This document shows, piece after piece, positions 60,982 through 64,000 of a DNA stretch of 64,000 bases. Position 1 is the first letter of the stretch; each line of letters starts with the position of its first letter. The notes under the pieces are model-generated. The model made no database searches, was not told where the DNA came from, and saw only the letters and a list, made by a program, of their open reading frames with translations. The position numbers and the translations under genes are program-made. The stretch comes from Tubiluchus corallicola (taxonomy: Eukaryota > Animalia > Priapulida): positions 1,535-65,534 of the forward strand of contig JAQGDQ010001069.1 of the NCBI GenBank assembly GCA_030141605.1, given 5' to 3'.

Positions 60982-62459
60982 TCATGACATGAACGTTTTC
61001 ATTCTCTTTTTTATTCGTTCTCTGCACACAGGACACTTATCGACTTGTTCAGAACAACCGTTACAAGTGACGAAATGTCCACATGGTAGAAAGGTGACCC
61101 CAAGCGGTTCGTCTAAGCAAATCTTGCAAAGTGTTTGCCCCTTCAGTTTCTCAATGTCCAAGTTCATTTCTGCGAAAAAAAACGAAAATTATGCAAGACT
61201 TTAGCATGCAATTTCCGTAGTGTGGACTTGACACAACATTGGACCAATATTTTTTGGCAATATTTTTTCCAGATTGTGACAATGTGGTCCCAATATGGGA
61301 AAAAACATTGTCAAAAAATATTGGAACAATGTTGTCATAAGTCCACATTTGCATATTGCCCCAATATTTGCAAAAAGTATTGTCACAACATTGTGGCAAG
61401 ATTTTTCGTGCTGCCTGGGTTAGAGTTATGTAATGGTATGATTCGAAATGACTAATGTTCTGTGCAAGTTTTGTGGCTTTATAAACTAACCCTCTGCATG
61501 TGCGAGATAACATGAATTAAGAAAATACAGATGCTTAAGAAAACGCTATGCATATTAAAAGATTGAGCATATGCGTTCTCTTTACAAAGTTTTGTTATGA
61601 CGCGTTGAGACGCAGAGAGTTCTCTCGCACTTCTCTCTGAGAGTAAGCTCACATGTGCGAACGGCTAGGTAACTTCTCTCGCAACTCATTGCAAACTCGG
61701 CGAGAGTAGCTGAGAATTCATGAGCAAGTTGACACTCTCAGGGAGAAGTTACGCAACACGAGTTGCGAGAGAACTCTTTGTGTCTGAAAGCGTTATTGCT
61801 ATGTTAACTGCTAACAGCGTTATTACGAGTTCTACTAGAAGGATTTAATTTTGAAGGAAATTTACCATGTAAGTTTGAAATTTGCCCTGCAGCCTCCACT
61901 TGAGGTTTTTTTCCTGGTCTCGGCGCAGTTGGTAAAGGTGGCGGTAACCTTTCTTCATCCATGTCCTCCAGAGCTTTTGTTGGGTCTGCAACAACTAGAA
62001 AATAAAGCGACTATTGTGAAACCTTTATTTACGTTGCTTCTATGTAATTCTGAATATTTCTTGGTGTTTTGATTTGTTTACGTTCCTTGATGTAATAAAT
62101 GACAACTACTCTGCAAAAATACACGTATTAATATGATAAAAGTTGATCAATCATATTAATATGATTAATATGATCTGCGGCAAAATGTTCCACTACAAAG
62201 GTGGCACGACGTTTTACTACTAGGGGCTAATAGCCAAGTAGTCACCGCGTGTGCTTTGCGAGAGTGCCTCCTTACCGCCTAGTTCGATACTCGAGCTGTG
62301 TGGTTTCGTGGCTGTATACCTGGAGATCACATACACATCCGAACGTGATATTATTAAAACACTGCAGCCGGTTCAATGTGTTTTTGTGGGATATGCTTGA
62401 TAAAGATCCAAGCAGCGCGTCGCAACTGAATACTGGATTTTGGCTTGGAACGCTCCAGT
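60982..62459 (-). CDS. 3' exons of an IAP-type C3HC4 RING E3 ligase gene (upstream structure unresolved)
   Basis: Terminal exon 60982-61169: LCKICLDEPLGVTFLPCGHFVTCNGCSEQVDKCPVCRERIKKRMKTFMS*. Phase-compatible upstream exons 61866-61994 (Pro-rich), 62082-62110 and 62276-62459 are less certain. No BIR motif in the window. Confidence 0.75.
61215..61420. mobile_element. Palindromic non-autonomous DNA element fragment (CCCAG-ended, CMC/EnSpm-like tentative)
   Basis: GTGGACTT..ACAACATTG..CCAATATTTTTTG pairs with CAAAAAATATTGG..CAATGTTGT..AAGTCCAC; ends GTGCTGCCTGGG. Confidence 0.55.
61597..61796. mobile_element. About 200-bp foldback MITE
   Basis: TGACGCGTTGAGACGCAGAGAGTTCTCTCGCA is the imperfect inverse of TGCGAGAGAACTCTTTGTGTCTGAAAGCGTTA. 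Confidence 0.7.
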
Positions 62460-64000
62460 CTGTATAAAAACTTATCAAACAACAAACAAACTTGTCAAAC
62501 AAAAAGCACCTTATGAATGTGAACACTAAAGAATTATCTGTTGCATCATGAATGCCGTTTGACTACAACTTCATTAACTAAGCATAGTCATGTAGATTTT
62601 GGCTTCTCTTGCGATCTCGATATTTCTGATTTAGTTGTTGGCTAGTGTAATACAAACAAACTGTTTACGCAGTTTTTTCTTTCGCGAGAGTCCTTCTTAA
62701 CTGACGACATATTTTAAACTTTGAGTAGTGATAATGAAACCTTTGGGTACAGGATTTTCTAAACTTCGAGGAAGACCTATCAAGCAAGTGTTACGAATAT
62801 ATTGTAACGAATCCGGGGTTCAACGTTTTTAGGATATATAGAGCGGCATATAAGTGATGAAATATCACAGCAAACGAGAAGGGTTAAAAGATCCAGAATA
62901 CGGGTATCAAGCCTACAGCATTCACCTTTACAGACAGAAAGGCCAGGTTGGAATCATAAAATTACGGCGTGCATTCTGTTTTATACAGGTATATTTACAT
63001 TACTGGGCTTCTCAACCATTCCCATTACTAACGTTAAGGTGTTGTTCAAAATGTGCCTTCGTACACCATATACATACAAACACGCACATACATACGTGCT
63101 TGCATATATACAAACCTACATAAGTGCATTACGATAACATAATAATGTATAGTTACGGCATATTTCGCAACACATGTGATTCATACGGCTATCATGTGGA
63201 TGACAACAGTTAACTAATCAAAAATCGATTAATTTATTTTAGTGTGGTTTTATAGAAAAACCGCGCAATATAAATTTTGTATCACTCTAGGCTGTATGCT
63301 GTCCTTGTATGCTATTTCAAAGTCACTTTAAAGTTAAAACACCCCTATAAATCAAAATGTAATAATCTTACCTGCATGAAATTCACAAATCCTACCTTCT
63401 GATTGGCTCAAATTAAAATACTCACCTATTTCATCTGTGCAAAATGTCTATAAATGCAAGTGCCGTATTCTGTTTCCTTGAGTTCAATGATTGCTGGTGT
63501 TGGTTTAAGCGCCAAACAGGACAAGCCTGCTTCCGCCCTCTTAGGACTTGTCTCCCAACTGTTTCACGTGCCAACGTGATGGCGTGGTAACCATTCAAGG
63601 GTAGATTCTTCTTTACGTTTTATGCTTAGCTAATTACTTATTTGGTTCAAGTACAATGGTTCTTTCACACAAACAAAACATTAGCAGATTTCAACGCTTA
63701 CCTTTTAATTTAGCAATGTTAGTCAAGATTTTGGACTGGTGATATGTCGCGCTTTCAAGGCTGGTAAATGCCTCCCGATTGGTTTAGTAATCTAATTTCA
63801 GGATGGCTTGTCTTTCAGGATTCAAACCGAGGCTTCTCACCCACTGATAGCTCTGTAAAGTTCGAACTGTCCAGAGGTTATTACAACTCTCCGGTCAGCA
63901 AGAACCTGACTGCAGAACAATATTTTTCTAAAAATAAAAGCGCACCCAAGACAAAAACAAAATTTAACAAAATTTACCTGTTTTTTAGTCCTTGGCTATA

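Noticed and set aside
63702-63927. Selenocysteine readthrough at SGSC*PESC on the minus strand
   Set aside because: The same frame also contains a TAA stop, and no SECIS was recognised.

Overview
AT-rich, intron-rich eukaryotic (invertebrate animal-like) genomic DNA; the species cannot be assigned from the sequence. There are no prokaryotic features (operons, CRISPR, rRNA). Hand-spliced GT-AG gene models with consistent exon phases give: a cluster of three sigma-class glutathione S-transferases (last exon of one on +, a complete 210-aa gene on -, a complete 203-aa gene on +); a complete 12-exon DNA polymerase lambda gene (570 aa, +); a complete 12-exon AUP1 gene (396 aa, -); a 2-exon C2H2 zinc-finger gene (561 aa, +) ending in an Ikaros/Hunchback-type finger pair; and the 3' exons of an IAP-type RING gene (-) whose upstream exon-like blocks carry stops and show no BIR domain. 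Introns and intergenic DNA hold many transposon relics: LINE RT fragments, hAT, pogo/Tigger-like and Kolobok-like MITEs, Helitron-like ends, and a 3.87-kb Mutator-like element with a perfect 9-bp TSD, a frameshifted PHD finger and a triplicated exon-intron unit. I found no clearly new biological system. The best leads are the Ikaros/Hunchback-like protein with an atypical N-terminal array, the PHD-carrying Mutator element, the G-site-altered GST paralogues next to an ARE-TATA promoter, and the BIR-less RING gene. All family calls rest on motifs recognised by eye; no database searches were run.
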